Origin: Heterodontus francisci
Taxonomy: Eukaryota
Direction of reading: 5' to 3'
NCBI RefSeq assembly: GCF_036365525.1
Contig: NC_090382.1
Location: 96,976,352-97,040,351 of the forward strand
Length of the DNA: 64,000 bases
Shown: piece by piece, positions 38,157 to 51,007 of the stretch
Layout of the letters: each line of letters starts with the position of its first letter
How positions within the stretch are numbered: the stretch's first letter is position 1
Made by a program: the position numbers and the translations under genes
Notes under the pieces: generated by a model
What the model was told of the DNA's origin: nothing
The model's input: only the letters and a program-made list of their open reading frames with translations
Database searches by the model: none

Positions 38157-39400
38157 CTGTGTAGGAGGAAAGGGAGCCCATTATAGCAATTAATTTTATA
38201 AACGTTTATGTTTTCCTAATGAGAATATTCTTTAGTTTCCAGTGTTACCTCCAGAAATATCTTACTTTGTCTCAAGGAAAAAGGATTTGCCTGATGAAAA
38301 ATTCCAGTCCACAGCAGAGATAAAGAATTTCTTAGCTTTGTGGGGGTGGGTAGTGGAGGGTTTCAATAGTTGGAAAGTAAAGCACTATCTCAGCTTTGTG
38401 ACCTCTAATTTTGCCTCAAATCTCACTTCTCAAAGATTCCACCTCCACACCTCACACCTGATTATCTCCAAAGTACCCTATTTTGTGTCTCAGATGCCTC
38501 CTTCTTGTTTCTGAAATACCACATCTGCAGCCAACCATGTGCCTCTGCCTCCCAATTCCCCACACAGTGTCAGCTTAATCTCCCTGTCCCTCTCACACCG
38601 CCCATCTCAAATCCTGCCTGTTTTGTTGAAGCAATTGTAACTTCTCCCCTTTTTTCACCTTCTCTTTACTCTCGCCTGACAAGGAGGAGCAGTCAAGTGA
38701 CCCACTGACAGCTTTGTTTGTGGAGCAATCCTGCTCCCCAACAACAGCAAGTTATACCCTGCCAATTTTTCTTTCCTCTCCAGGCCACTGTCATTTTCGT
38801 ACAGAAAAGAACATAACATGAGATGACACAGAGAAGAGGATAAAGGTGAACTATCACATATGTCAGTCTGCCTCTGGTATTTCAGTCAAGTGGCCACTCT
38901 TCATTTTGAGTGTTGTCACTGTTAGCAGGCTATTGACTGCAAAAGAACATTGCAGCCACCCCAGCAATTTCAAGTTATAATATTGTCAATTTAGTACTGC
39001 ATCTTACTCCCTAAAAAGTATTATTTCCACTCTTTAGTGCACTTTCAGATCCACTGCAAAATCAAATCATGCTGCATAGATTACTAGGAGACTTTGACAA
39101 AAACAATGGGTGTGATTAGTGAAATTCAGAAATTACAAAACAGTTTGTCTGATTATCACAGTCAGTTAAGCTTCAGAAATTGATAATTATTTTCTGAGGC
39201 AAGTTTATCTTTTTGACCATCACAAGCTTTTTTAGTTACTGTATTGGGTTACCAACTCGTCTGCTTGATATCTTCTTCTTGTCATATTTCTTTAAGATCT
39301 TAGACATTAGAACAGATCCAGGTTCTAATCTTCTGATATAGCCCTTGTTTCTCTCAGTAACCAACCAGGAAGCTTTACTTTATAAGGTGCCATTACTCAC

Positions 39401-39552
39401 CTCCCTTTGGAACCTTTCCAGTGTGAGTTTCTTCTGCATTTCATCTTGTAGCAATGGGTCAGCATTATACTGTCCTTCCAGCAATGAAGACCAGCAATTC
39501 CCAGCTTCTCGGTTACTTTTCCTTAGCACAATACACACCTGTTTCTTATCCT
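39401..39552 (-). CDS. NUDCD2: NUDCD2, coding exon 3
   Basis: (E)DKKQVCIVLRKSNREAGNCWSSLLEGQYNADPLLQDEMQKKLTLERFQRE|GTGAGT; 152 nt. Confidence 0.95.
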
Positions 39553-39774
39553 CTGCCAGAAAGCAGGTGTTTTATTGGAGGTGGAAAAAAAATAACAATT
39601 GAAAATATATATTTTTAAATTACCCTATTTATTTTGTCCTTTAAAATTATTTTGTCTAAAGACAGTAGAGGGATAGCACATGTTCTCATACTGAAACTCT
39701 AAAGACAAAAAGAAAGCATAAAGGAAAGCTTCTTGTTTGTGAACTTAACATTTTAGTTTAAGGTTGTTGCCTAC

Positions 39775-39823
39775 CTAGTGTCCAGGTTCCTTCATCAGAG
39801 ACAGTAGAATCATAGAGTTTACC
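39775..39823 (-). CDS. NUDCD2: NUDCD2, coding exon 2
   Basis: ttttcag|GKLYDSTVSDEGTWTL(E)|GTAGGC; 49 nt. Confidence 0.95.
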
Positions 39824-40744
39824 CTGAAAATTAAGTGAGATTCACTTTAACAATCCAGTGTGCTGCACAAAGTCAAGATTTAATTTGTTAAAAATAACAA
39901 GTCCTTAATTTTACATATGGTGTCATATTAGCTCAATGTCAACAATCTTGCTTGAGTCAGAAATTTGTGGGTTCAAAGCCCAAACTGGGACCTAAACACA
40001 TAACCTACCACTGACAATGCAGCAATCTCCAAATACTGCATTGAAGAGTGCCATCTTTCAGGGGATAACACTTCAAAAAAATTAACTGGCTGTGAAACAG
40101 TTCGGGATGTTCAGAGGGCATGGAACACTATATCAACGCAGGATTTTTTCTTTCTTTACATGCGAGTATAATAGCAATCTATACAGTTTGTATGCAAGCA
40201 CAGTAATAATCTATGTATTACTAGATTCCTTTGTATATGTCTAACCTGTGCAACTAATCATATTCAATCTTTCGCTTTTATGGTTGCCAACTTTTGCCAA
40301 GTCTAAAGCAGATAAGAGCTCAGGATCAAACTGGAGTTCCAATGAAAATTTTCATGAACAACTAAAGCTTCTCAACATGAGAGGAGGGAAAAACATAGTA
40401 TTTTAAAATAAAAACTCAACATCTTGAAATACCTAGCATGCATGTGAGCATCTGCAGAGAAAACATAGGAAATTTGTTTTTTTAGTAATTCAATAGTCTT
40501 GATGTCCAATTTAAATATCAGATTGTCAATCTAAAGCCTCGCAGGCGACAACTTTCAAGACCGATTTCCGTATTAAGGTCAGGGAGTTATGATGACATTT
40601 ATTATCAGGAAAGTGAGAATACAAACCTGTTTAAACTAATGCAAGTGTGTTCATTTAAAAATGAAATGCATCAAGAATTTCAGACCAAAATGAATGAGAC
40701 TCATTTCTAATGAATGAAACATGAAAGGGAAGGGATATGTTTAC

Positions 40745-40933
40745 CTTCAGCATCTCTGTTCCCTTGACAGATAATGCTATATCTTTATTCCCCAGGCTAC
40801 ATTTGATTTCTTTGGCAGATGTTCCAACTGGAACATGGACATCAATGAAAACTTCTTCCATGGTTTGATACCATTCACCCCAAGGAGTCTTACAGCGCAC
40901 GGTCCCACTTCTTTCATCAAAATGAACTGACAT
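40745..40933 (-). CDS. NUDCD2: NUDCD2, first coding exon
   Basis: MSVHFDERSGTVRCKTPWGEWYQTMEEVFIDVHVPVGTSAKEIKCSLGNKDIALSVKGTEMLK|GTAAAC (CS/p23 domain); the ATG sits 2 nt after a pyrimidine tract plus AAG acceptor. Confidence 0.95.
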
Positions 40934-41387
40934 GACTTGAAAAGTAAAAACACATTAAAAAGTTTTAATGTTGCAAAGATAATTATACTGAACTACAACA
41001 AATGCTAAAATAAAAGCAAAATACTGTAGATGCTGGAAATGTGAAATAAAAATGCTAGTTATTGTAATATCACTAAACTATTATATAGAAACTAACCAAT
41101 GACAGTTAATTAACTAATAATAAACAACCTTTAGAACAGCTGTCGCCTTTTTATTGGATATTTTCAGCATTAAGCACATTCACAACATTGCGATCATTTC
41201 TTTATCAGCAGAAATGTAATTAATTCTTCACATTATTGTTAAACTGTACAGTCATTCCTTTTACTATCTATTAACTTCAAAAGTTAAATTTCAACCATGA
41301 CACATGTACAAACAATGATGGACAGGTAAAGACTCTCTAGTTCATCCAGCCTGTCCCACACCTTGAGCAGGACTTCTCTCCGGGGTT

Positions 41388-44300
41388 GGGCACAGACAAT
41401 TTCCAGGTCCCAACCCCACCTTGTGGGAGTGGGTCGGAGGGGGTGGGGGGGGGGGAGGAGAATAGTCACAGACAGCAATTTTCGGGGAGGCGGGCTGCTA
41501 ATTGCCCGGAGGGCAGGTTGGACGGCCAATTAACAGGTGCGGGATGCAGAACCGATTTAAACGCATCTAAATTGCTGTTTGAAAGAGGAGATGCAGGAAC
41601 CAGGAAGACAGGAGGAGAGGCAGAGGCCTGGCACCAGGGGCAGGCTGCCTCTTGTTTCTCAGTTGCTGACCTCCAGGCCCTCTTGGAGGCTGTAAGGGAG
41701 AGGAGGGAGGTCGGAAAAGGCCACCCAGCCAAACAAAACTCAGTCTGGGTTCCACCAGGGCCACTCAGCTCCTGATCTCATTACAGCCTTGGTTCAAACA
41801 TGGACAAAAGAGCTGAACTCAAAAGGTGAGGTGAGAGTGACTGCCCTTGACATCAAGGCCGCATTTGATCAAATATAGCATCAAGGAGCCCTAGCAAAGC
41901 TGGAGTTAATGGGAATCAGGGGGAAAACCCTCCCCTGGTTCGAGTCATACCTCGTGCAAAGGAAGATGGCAGTGGTTGTTGGAGGTCAATGATTTCAGCT
42001 CCAGGACATCGCTACAGGAGTTCCTCAAGGTAGTGTCCTAAGCCCAACCATCTTCAGCTGCTCCATCAAGACCCTCCTTCAATCATAAGGTCAGAAGTGG
42101 AGATGTTCACTGATGATTGCACAATGTTCAGCACCATTCGCGACTCCTCAGATACTGAAGCAGTCCATCTAGAAATGCAGCAAGACCTGGACAATATCCA
42201 GGCTTCGGCTGATAAGTGGCAAGTAACATTCGTGCCACACAAGTGCCAGGCAATGACCATCTCCAACAAGAGAGAATCTAACCATCTCCCCTGGACATTC
42301 AACGGCATTACAATCACAAAATCCCCCAATATCAACATCCTGGGGGTTACCAATGACCAGAAATGGTACTGGAGTAGCCATATAAATACTGTTTCTACAA
42401 GAGCAGGTCAGAGGCTAGGAATCCTGCAACAAGTAACTCACCGCCTGACTTCCCAAAGCCTGTCCACTATCTACAAGGCACAAGTCAAGAATGTGATGAA
42501 ATACTCTCCACTTGCCTGGATGGATGCAGTTCCAACAACACTCAAGAAGCTCGACACCATCCAGGACAAAGCAGCCCGCTTGATTGTTTGTGGATGGGAT
42601 GTCATTCAGTCCCTCCACCACCAACACACAGTGGCAGCAGTGTGTACCATCTACAAGATGCACTGCAGCAATGCACCAAGGCTCCTTAGACAGCACCTTC
42701 CAATTCCGTGACCCCGATCACCGAGAAGGACAAGGGCAGCGGATACATGGGAATACCACCCTCCAAGCCACTCACCATCCTGACTTGGAATGATATCACC
42801 ATTCCTTCACTGTTGCTGGGTCAAAATCCTGAAACTCCCTTCCTAATAGCACTGTTGGTGTACCTACACCCCAAGGGCTGCAGTGGTTCAAGAAGGCAAT
42901 TAGGGATGGGCAATAAATGCGGACCTAGCCAGCGACGCCCACAACCTCCGAATTAATAAAAAAAACTGGCACGACTGAGAATGTCAGCAGTAGAAGTGTG
43001 GTCCTTAGGAACTGGGTCCAGTACCGTAAAAAGTTCAATGACGTTTTTTGCTCTGGCAAGGTGAGTGCAATGCTGGACTCCGACAACAGGCGTCTGGATA
43101 TTCAACCTCCAGCAGACATATCAGCTGAGGAGATTGAGGGCGCATGCTGCTCCTGAACATCAGAGTAATATGTGCCCAGGGGTACTCACTGACCTCTCAG
43201 CAAGGCTCACAGCCATTGCGCTGTTGCGGATCTGCTGGTACTGATACATACAGCTTTTTATGTCAATGAGCCTCTGGCATTGGTCAGAGAGTACAGCAGT
43301 GCCTTATGTCTGTCTCTCCTTTGTCCTTGCAGGAGAAAAGAGCACACAATGCCAGGGAGAGTGTTCTGACTGGAGGAGGAGTGCTCCACCTCCACATTGT
43401 GACTGCTATGGAAGAGGGAGCCATGAAGATCACAAAGATAGCTCTGCAGAAGTAAGTTGAGGAAGGAGAGATGGACATTCCTGCTGGAGAGGGTGAAAAG
43501 ATGTTGCAATCTGCATATGAAGGGGACGGAGTGCAGGCCTCCCCATCCGACAGCATGCCAAAGACTCAGCTGCATTATGTCTCCTACAGGTTCTGACATG
43601 GAGGGGTACGCCCCAGTTCTGTCATGTGACCAGGGCCATCGGAAGAAACTGATACAGCAGAGCCAGTACCTTCACTTCCTGCAGGCGCACCCTCCACCAG
43701 GGCAGATACACTTATGTCAGTGTGTGCAGCACTTAGATAGGGTGGTACAGGGTGAAGAGCATGGCATTAGTGTGCAGGAGGTGAGAAAGGCAGAGGCAGC
43801 AGTGACCATTGCCCTTGGAGGATGAAGAAGACACAGCCATGCTCAATTGGGTAGAGGTACAAGGCCTCGGGAGACACAGGAAAGAAGGCTCTTAGATCAG
43901 CAGCAGCAGATGTGTACCAATATGTCAGAGCTCCCTGAGGCAGTGTAGAGTCATGAGCTGAGAATGGAAGAGTGCATCCAGCTCATATGTGCCACCATGG
44001 CTCAGGGATTTGACCGCATGAGCTCCTCCATTGAGAGTGATCAACTTCATGGAGAGCAGCAGCACTCAGTGGATGCAAGAGCAGCACACTGACATGCACA
44101 GAATACATGCAACACTCTGTGCATTGAACGGTCAACGGCACTGACGGCACCAAGATCTTTGGACTGGATGTCAGTTGCTCCCCAACTGGTGCTCCCCTCC
44201 AAGGGCTGAGGCAGTCACCGAGGAGGATGAGGCAGCCATCCCTCATGGGATGCCATCATCTGTAGCCTCCTTGGCCCCTCTGACTGAGGGACCATCTAAG

Positions 44301-45351
44301 CAACACGGCCCTCTCACGGGAGCTGCCCCTGCATTGTCGCTAGTGCAACAGCCTCTGGAGGTGCCCCCACTGACACTTCAACGAGAATGACCTCTACGTG
44401 CAACTCAGCTGCAAGCAGACATAAGCAAGTAGGTTGCCTCCAGCTCATCCGAGGCCACAAAGGGAGCACTGCATAGCAGTAGCCAAAAGTGGAGGCCACC
44501 ATGTCAGGCAGGGCACTGAGTGGGTCACTGGGATTTGCTTCACTTGTAAATGTGCACTTTGTAACTTTTGGAAGATGCTGTAAATAGTGGCACATGACTC
44601 CAGACGTGTGAAATTCCATTCTTTAATGACGAAACGGGAAGAGGGGTTGAAGTAGTGAAGGAAAGCAAAGGTCTTTGAAGGGGGCCAGTGAGACTGCTGG
44701 ACAGAAGCGCATCCTTCAGCGGTGGCAAGCATGGATCCATTCAAGGCAGCATCTTAAATGGAAGTGTTCTCACAGGCAACTGACAGCAGGTTCCAGAGCA
44801 TGCCATCCTTCTGGGTTAGAAGGGCTCAGCTGAATTGTGCCTGGATGCTCCCTGACATTGGTGGTATCCCGAAGAGATTCTCGAGTCCTCTGCCTGTCTC
44901 CCTGGGCACCTCTCTGCTCTGCACCTTCCTCCGATGAGCTGTGTCATTTCAGGGCCTCAACCTCTTCATGGCCCACAGCTCTCGAGAGACAGTCTTGTTA
45001 CGAAGAGCTTAGAAAACCACCGCAATGCACGAGACCCTTGCAGGAGGGTACTACAGGACGCCACCTGACTGGTCCAGGCACCATAACTACATCTTCAGAA
45101 ACCAATGGGCTGTTTGATGGTGGTCCTTGTGAGCAGATGGCTTCAATTGTAGCCTCTGTCCAGGGGGTCACATAAAGGGTTTGTAGCCATCTCTTCAAGA
45201 GATAACCCTAGTCCCCAACAATCCATCTGAGTAAAATCATTGGCAGCAGGAATGGCAGCATGAAACTTGTATGCCCGAAACCAGTGCTAATTTTCAAGTG
45301 CACCCGCCCACCTCCAAGCCCATCCACATCAGGACCTAAAAATCCTGACCC
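41388..45351. mobile_element. Fossil PIF/Harbinger transposon (Myb/SANT-like gene on +, DDE transposase remnant on -), split by a LINE at 41775-42965
   Basis: FSVADLQALLEAVRERREV (about 41655-41710) and RNWVQYRKKFNDVF (about 43010-43050) flank the LINE; the minus strand near 45170-45230 reads WIVGD*GYLLKRWLQT; loose inverted termini. Confidence 0.75.
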
Positions 45352-45734
45352 TTCCATGTAACAATCTATACACTCTCCACGTCACTCAAAACCATTTGAC
45401 CTTTTGGTAGACGCAAAAAATACCCAGCTAAAATCACAGGCCAAGTTGGAGGGGGTGGTTGTGGAGCGGGGGCAGGGGAGAAAAATCTGCTAAATTCTTC
45501 TCTGACCCATCGAGATGATCAGATTTAGTCCAGGAACCAACTCTGGCATTCCATGCAATACCTACCTTTTGTAATATTAATTAATTCACATTACTGAATC
45601 TACTAAACTTGAAAATCTTTTCCAATTAGTAAATCCACAAAGCCTTATAATACTCCTCGAGTCCAGATCTGAGACCCTCTCAGTTTGAATCCTCTCTCCT
45701 CATGCAACAAAACATTGGCCAGAAGTGGGAAAGA

Positions 45735-47605
45735 TTTTACACCCGTCAGTCTGACGTTGGTGGTGGGTAAATTATTAGAAACAATTCTGAGGGACAGGAT
45801 AAACTGTCACTTAGAAAGGCACAGATTAATCAGGGATAGTCAGCATGGATTTGTTAAGGGAAAGTCATGTCTTACTAACTTAACTGAATTGTTTGAGGAA
45901 GTAACAAGGAGGATTGATGAGGGTAGTGCAGTGGATGTGGTCTGCATAGATTTTAGTCAGGCATTTGACAAGGTCCCACTTGGCAGACTGGTCAGTAAAA
46001 TAAAAGTCCATGGGATACAGGGGAATGTGGCAGGTTGGATCCAAAATTGGCTCAGCGACAGGAAGCAAAGGGTAATAGTCAATAGATGTTTTTTGTGAAT
46101 GGAAAGCTGTTTCCAGTGGCGTTCCACAGGACTCAATGTTGGGTCCCTTGCTGTTTCTGGAATATATTAAGGCTGCGTTTGCTGACACCACCACTAAGTG
46201 GCGCTGCAATAGCACATGCGCAAATGCAGCCAGTGCCACTAAAACGTCTCAGTCTGCGACGTCAGGCAGCTGCCAGGATTAAAGATGGCGCTGCTCAAAT
46301 AATCACACTATGGCAACCTAAACACATGGCAGCACACAACGGCCGGAGGGGAGGGAGGAAGCGGGCATGGGAGGGGAGCGGGCGAGACAGCGGTCGGTTG
46401 GTGAGGGCAGTGAGCGAGCAGTCCGGGGGGTGGGGGATGGTGAGCGAGCGGGCCAGGTGGGTGAGCGAGCAGGCGGGCGTCAGGGGCAGGCAGTGGGGAG
46501 GAGGAGAGCACACCCGCCACCAGCAAGGTCTTCGGCCGTGCTCTCCCCACTTCCCAGACCCCCTCTGCCCCCCACCCCTGCTCTCTCCAGCCCGGATCCC
46601 CCCACCATCCGCCCGCGTTACACGATGACATCATCTGCGCATGCGCCAACCCTATATCCCCTCATTATGCGATGACGTCATCTGCGCATGCGCCAACCAG
46701 TCCTGGCACTGCGGAACACAGCGCATACGCAGAAGGTAGGAACCAATCTGCGCATGTGCACAGTCAGATGACGTAAACTGCCAGCCACATTGTCAGTAAT
46801 CACTTTGATATATTAATGACTTGGACTTAAATGTGGAAGTTATGATTGGGAAATTTGCTGATTGTGAGTTGATAGTAAGGAGGATGGTCGCAGACTCCAG
46901 AATGATATCAAGGCTTTGGTTGAGTGGGCGGAAAAGTAGCAAAAGCAATTCAATTCTGACAAGTTTGACGTAATACACTTCGGGAGGGCAAATAAAGCGA
47001 GCGAATATACAATAATCAGGAGGATATTGAGAGGAGTAAAAGAAGTGAGACACCTTGGAGTGCATGTCCATAAGTCCCGAAAGGTGGCAGGACATTACAG
47101 GAAAGACATGGTTGCTCTGGCGAGAGTGCAGAGGAGATTTACAAGAATGTTGCCAGGGCTTGAAAGTTGCAGTTATTAGGAAAGATTGGATAGGCTCGTG
47201 TTGTTTTCCCGAGAACAGAGGAGGCTGAGGGGTGACTTAATTGAGGTGTACAAAATTATGAGGGGGGCTAGATAGGGTAGATCGGAAGGACCTGTTTCCC
47301 CTAGCGCAGAGGTCAATTACCAGGGAACATGGATTTAAGATGATTGGTAGAAGGACTAGAGGGGACATGAGGAAAAACTTCTTCATCCAGAGGGTGGTGG
47401 GTGTCTGTAATTCACTGCCAGGAACGATGATGGAGGCAGAAACCCTCACTCTTTTAAAACATACCTGGACATGCACCTGCAGTGCTGTAACCTGTAAGGC
47501 TATGGACCAGGTGTTGGAAGGTGGAATTAGATTGGGCAGCTAGTTTTTTTCGGCCGGCAAGGACACGACGAGCTGAAAGGCCTCCTTTCTGTGCTATAAT
47601 TTTTC
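45735..47605 (+). mobile_element. CR1 LINE RT fragment, interrupted at 46171-46807
   Basis: ORF 45685-46098 (SQHGFVKGKSCLTNL, DFSQAFDKVP); 3' part similar to 13915-14790. Confidence 0.92.
46171..46807 (+). mobile_element. GC/CpG-rich non-autonomous element, copy 2, with TSD
   Basis: Same termini as 21329-22027; ATATATTAA duplicated at 46162-46170 and 46808-46816 inside CR1 sequence. Confidence 0.85.
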
Positions 47606-47752
47606 CATGGACACTATCGTGAAACTTTATACACACACACTCGCTCAGAACAAACATCGTCCACGAAAGCCGCGATGAACGCTGGTGATAATATCCATTA
47701 GCAATAACTATTTAAATTTCTGATCTGTATTTGTGAAGTGACAACACCTTAC

Positions 47753-47930
47753 CGTCCAGCTTGAAGAAGCCGAGTTGGGGAGGGGGGATGATAATGACGT
47801 CTTGATGTCACATCCAATGAATGAATAAAAAAAGGTTCATGGTGACGAGGTGTTCGCCTTGTGTTCTGGGAGTTGTAGGCGGGACACGGGAACCGATCTG
47901 GGTGGTGACGGGTTAAACGGAAGAAAGGAA
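47753..47930 (-). other. Probable non-coding first exon of NUDCD2 (5' end approximate)
   Basis: Donor ACG|GTAAGG at 47753/47752, next to the CpG-rich promoter; the first coding exon has an acceptor just before its ATG and no promoter-like sequence of its own. Confidence 0.6.
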
Positions 47931-48089
47931 AACTACATCTCCCAGACTGCCGCTCTGCGCAGGCGCATTCGGCAGCAGCTCCTCTCCTCCCCTCCCCCTT
48001 TCGGTCGGAGCCGGTTGGGAAAAGCTGTCAGCGGCTCGGTCGCAGCAGGGAGACAGTCAGCCATCCATCCATCTCGTCCTCGGTTAACA
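47860..48089. promoter_or_regulatory. Bidirectional CpG-rich promoter shared by NUDCD2 (-) and LARS1 (+)
   Basis: ZNF143/THAP11-type motif AACTACATCTCCCAGACTGC (47931-47950), NRF1 TGCGCAGGCGCA (47956-47967), ETS CGGAAG (47918-47923), between divergent first exons. Confidence 0.8.
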
Positions 48090-48095
48090 ATGTCG
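48090..48095 (+). CDS. LARS1: LARS1 (cytosolic leucyl-tRNA synthetase), coding part of exon 1
   Basis: acaATG TCG|GTGAGT: two codons then a strong donor, in phase 0 with the next exon ERKGTAKVD. Confidence 0.85.
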
Positions 48096-48304
48096 GTGAG
48101 TTTAAATCGTTCGAAGTCGCAATTCCCACTTTTTGTATTTTGTTGCATGAATTAATAGAAGCTATCTTGCATGGAGGCTGGAGCATGAGGGAGCTGTGTC
48201 GGCGAGTGGCTGGTGTTCAGAGTGAAAGGCCCCGGGCCCGGCTCTCACACTGTGATGTCTGACAGGCCATGCACAGCCGGTGGGGAGTGCACTGAAATGT
48301 CACC

Positions 48305-50995
48305 AGTATCTTTTTCTTAGGTAGTCTTTTGGAACCGAGGATCACTTGCTTCCGCTCCATTTCAGTACCTTCTAACATGGCTAACGAGTCCGATGCTCGA
48401 ACCGCAGACTCTACCCCATAGGAAGAGCATCACAACATAGGATTAGATTAGCGTTGATAATCTACCTGCCACTTTCCCGTGCCATTCCCATCTCTCTTGA
48501 TGTCATTAATACCCAAATATCCAAGGATTGAGCTTCCACAGCCCTCTGGGGTAGAGAATTCCTTTGAGTGAAGAAATTCTTTCTCACCTCAGTCTTAAAT
48601 GGCCTGTCCTTATTCTGAGACTATGTTCCCTGGTTCTAGACTCACCAGACAGGGGAAACATCCTATCTGTATCCATCCTGTCACACCTTGTAAGAATTTT
48701 GTAAATTTCAATGAGATCACCTCTCATTCTTCGAAATACTGAAGAATAGAGGCCCAGTTTCCTCAATCTCTCCTCTTAAAACAGTCACGCCATCCCAGGG
48801 ATTAGTCTGGTGAACCTCCGTTGCACTCCCTCTATGGCCAGTATATCCTTTCATAGACGAATAGACCAAAACTGTACACAGTACTCCAGGTGGGGTCTCA
48901 CCAAGGCTGTATACAATTGCAATACGTTCTTTACTCCTATACTCAAAACCCTTTGTGATGAAGGCCAACATACCATTTGCCTTCCTAATTGTTTGCTGCA
49001 TCTGCATGCTAGCTCTTAATGACTAATGAACAAGGACACCCAGGTCCCTTTGGACATCAACACTTCCCAACCTCTCACCATTTAAGAAATACTGTCTTTC
49101 TGTTTTTCAACTAAAGTGGATCACTTCACACTTATTCACATTATATTCCATCTGCCATGTTCTTGCCCATTCACGTAGCCTGTCCAAGTCCCCTTGAAGC
49201 CACCTTGCATCCTCCTCACAACTTACATTCCCACCAAGGTTTGTGTCATCAGCAAATTTGGAAATATTACATTTGGTCCCCACATCCAAATCAATTATAT
49301 AGATTCTGAACAGCTGTGGTCCCCGCACTGATCCTTGCAGTACCCCACTAGTAACAGCCTGCCATCCTGAGAATGACCCATTTATTCCTACTGTCTGTTT
49401 TCTGTCTGTTAATCAATTCTCAATTCATACCAGTATATTCCCCCCAATCCCATGTGCTCTAATTTTGTTTACGAACCTCCCTTGTGGGACCTGGTCAAAA
49501 GCCTTCTGAAAATACAAATACACTACATCCACTGGTTCTCCTTAATCTATGCTACAAGTAACATCCTCAAAAAAAACTCCAACAGGTTAGGCAAACATGA
49601 TTTCCTTTCATAAATCCATGTTGACTCTGCCCAATCATATCATTATTTTCTGTCTATTTCTCACGTCCTTTATAATAGGTTCTAGTATTTTTGCTACTAC
49701 TAACATCAAACTGTAGTTCCCCGTTTTTTTAAATAGTGGGGTTACATTTGCTACTTTCCAGTCTGCAGGAAGCTTTCCAGAATCTATAGAATTTTGAAAA
49801 ATAACCACCATCCACTATCTCTATAGCCACCTTCTTCAACACTCTGGGATGTAGCTCATCTGGTCCAAGGGATTTATCAATCATCAATCCAGTTAATTTT
49901 TTGAGTACTACCTCTTTATTAATAATTTCTTTCAGTTCCTCATTTTCACAAGTCCTTTGGTTTCCTAGTATTTTTGGAAGGTTTTCTATATCTTCCTCCG
50001 TAATTGTTTAGTTTCTCTGTCATTTCCCAGTTCTCCATTATAAATTCTCCTGTCTTCGCCAGTAATGGACCCACATTTATACTTGCTAATCTACTCCTTT
50101 TCACATACCTACAGAAGCTTTTACAGTCTGTTTTTATGGTTTTTGCTCGTTTACATTCATATTCTATTCTTCCTTTCTTTATCAGTTTCTTGATCATCCT
50201 TTGCTGGATTCTAAATTGTTCCCAATCCTCAGGCAAGCCACTTTTTCTGATTACCTTATAAGCCACTTCCTTTGATCTAATACAATCTTTCACTTCTTTT
50301 CTTAGCCATGGTTGATTCATCGTTCCTGTTGGGTTTTTGTGACTTAGAAGAATGTATATTTGTTGTAGACCATGGAATACTTCTTTAAATACTAGCCATT
50401 GCCTATCTACTGTCAAATCTTTCAGTGTATTTTCCCAATCCACCACAGCCAACTTGCCCCTCATACCTTCTTGTTTTCTTTGTTCAGATTTAAGACCCTT
50501 GTTTCAGAATGAACAATATCACTTTCAAACTTAGTGTAAAATTCTATCATATTTGGTCACTATTTCCCCGAGGCTGCTTTACAGCAAGGTTATTAATTAG
50601 CCCTTTCTCATTAAGTAATACTAAATCTAAAATAGCCCGATCCCTAGTTGGTTCTTCAAGGTACTGCTTCAGAAACCCATCTTGCACACACTCCAGGAAT
50701 TCGTCTTCCACAGCATGTGGGGCAGGTGGTGTTTAAAGAGTTGGATAGGCGAGTTACTTGGGAGGTGGTCTGTGTACTCATTCTGTTCCCTAGACTTCGC
50801 TTCCGCGTGTTCCCGTCACCAGGTGCTTGGAACCTTCCTGAATACATCTTCACTTTGAGCAGTCGAGGGAGAGGGACTTTCATGAGTCGGTAGATATGTT
50901 GGATTTCTTCAGGGATGCCTTGAGAACGTCCCTAAAGCATTTCCTGTGTCCTCTTGGGAGTCTTTTGCCATGGCGAAGCTCAGAGTAGAGTAGAG
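48305..50995 (-). mobile_element. Decayed RTE 3' fragment (about 48305-48425 and 50712-50995) interrupted by a CR1 (about 48440-50710)
   Basis: Minus strand 50995 downward reads LYSELRHGKRLPRGHRKCFRDVLKASLKK (RTE-like); CR1 ORFs 49946-50464, 49107-49328 (ISKFADDT) and 48584-48766. Confidence 0.8.
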
Positions 50996-51007
50996 CTCAC
51001 AGTGTCT

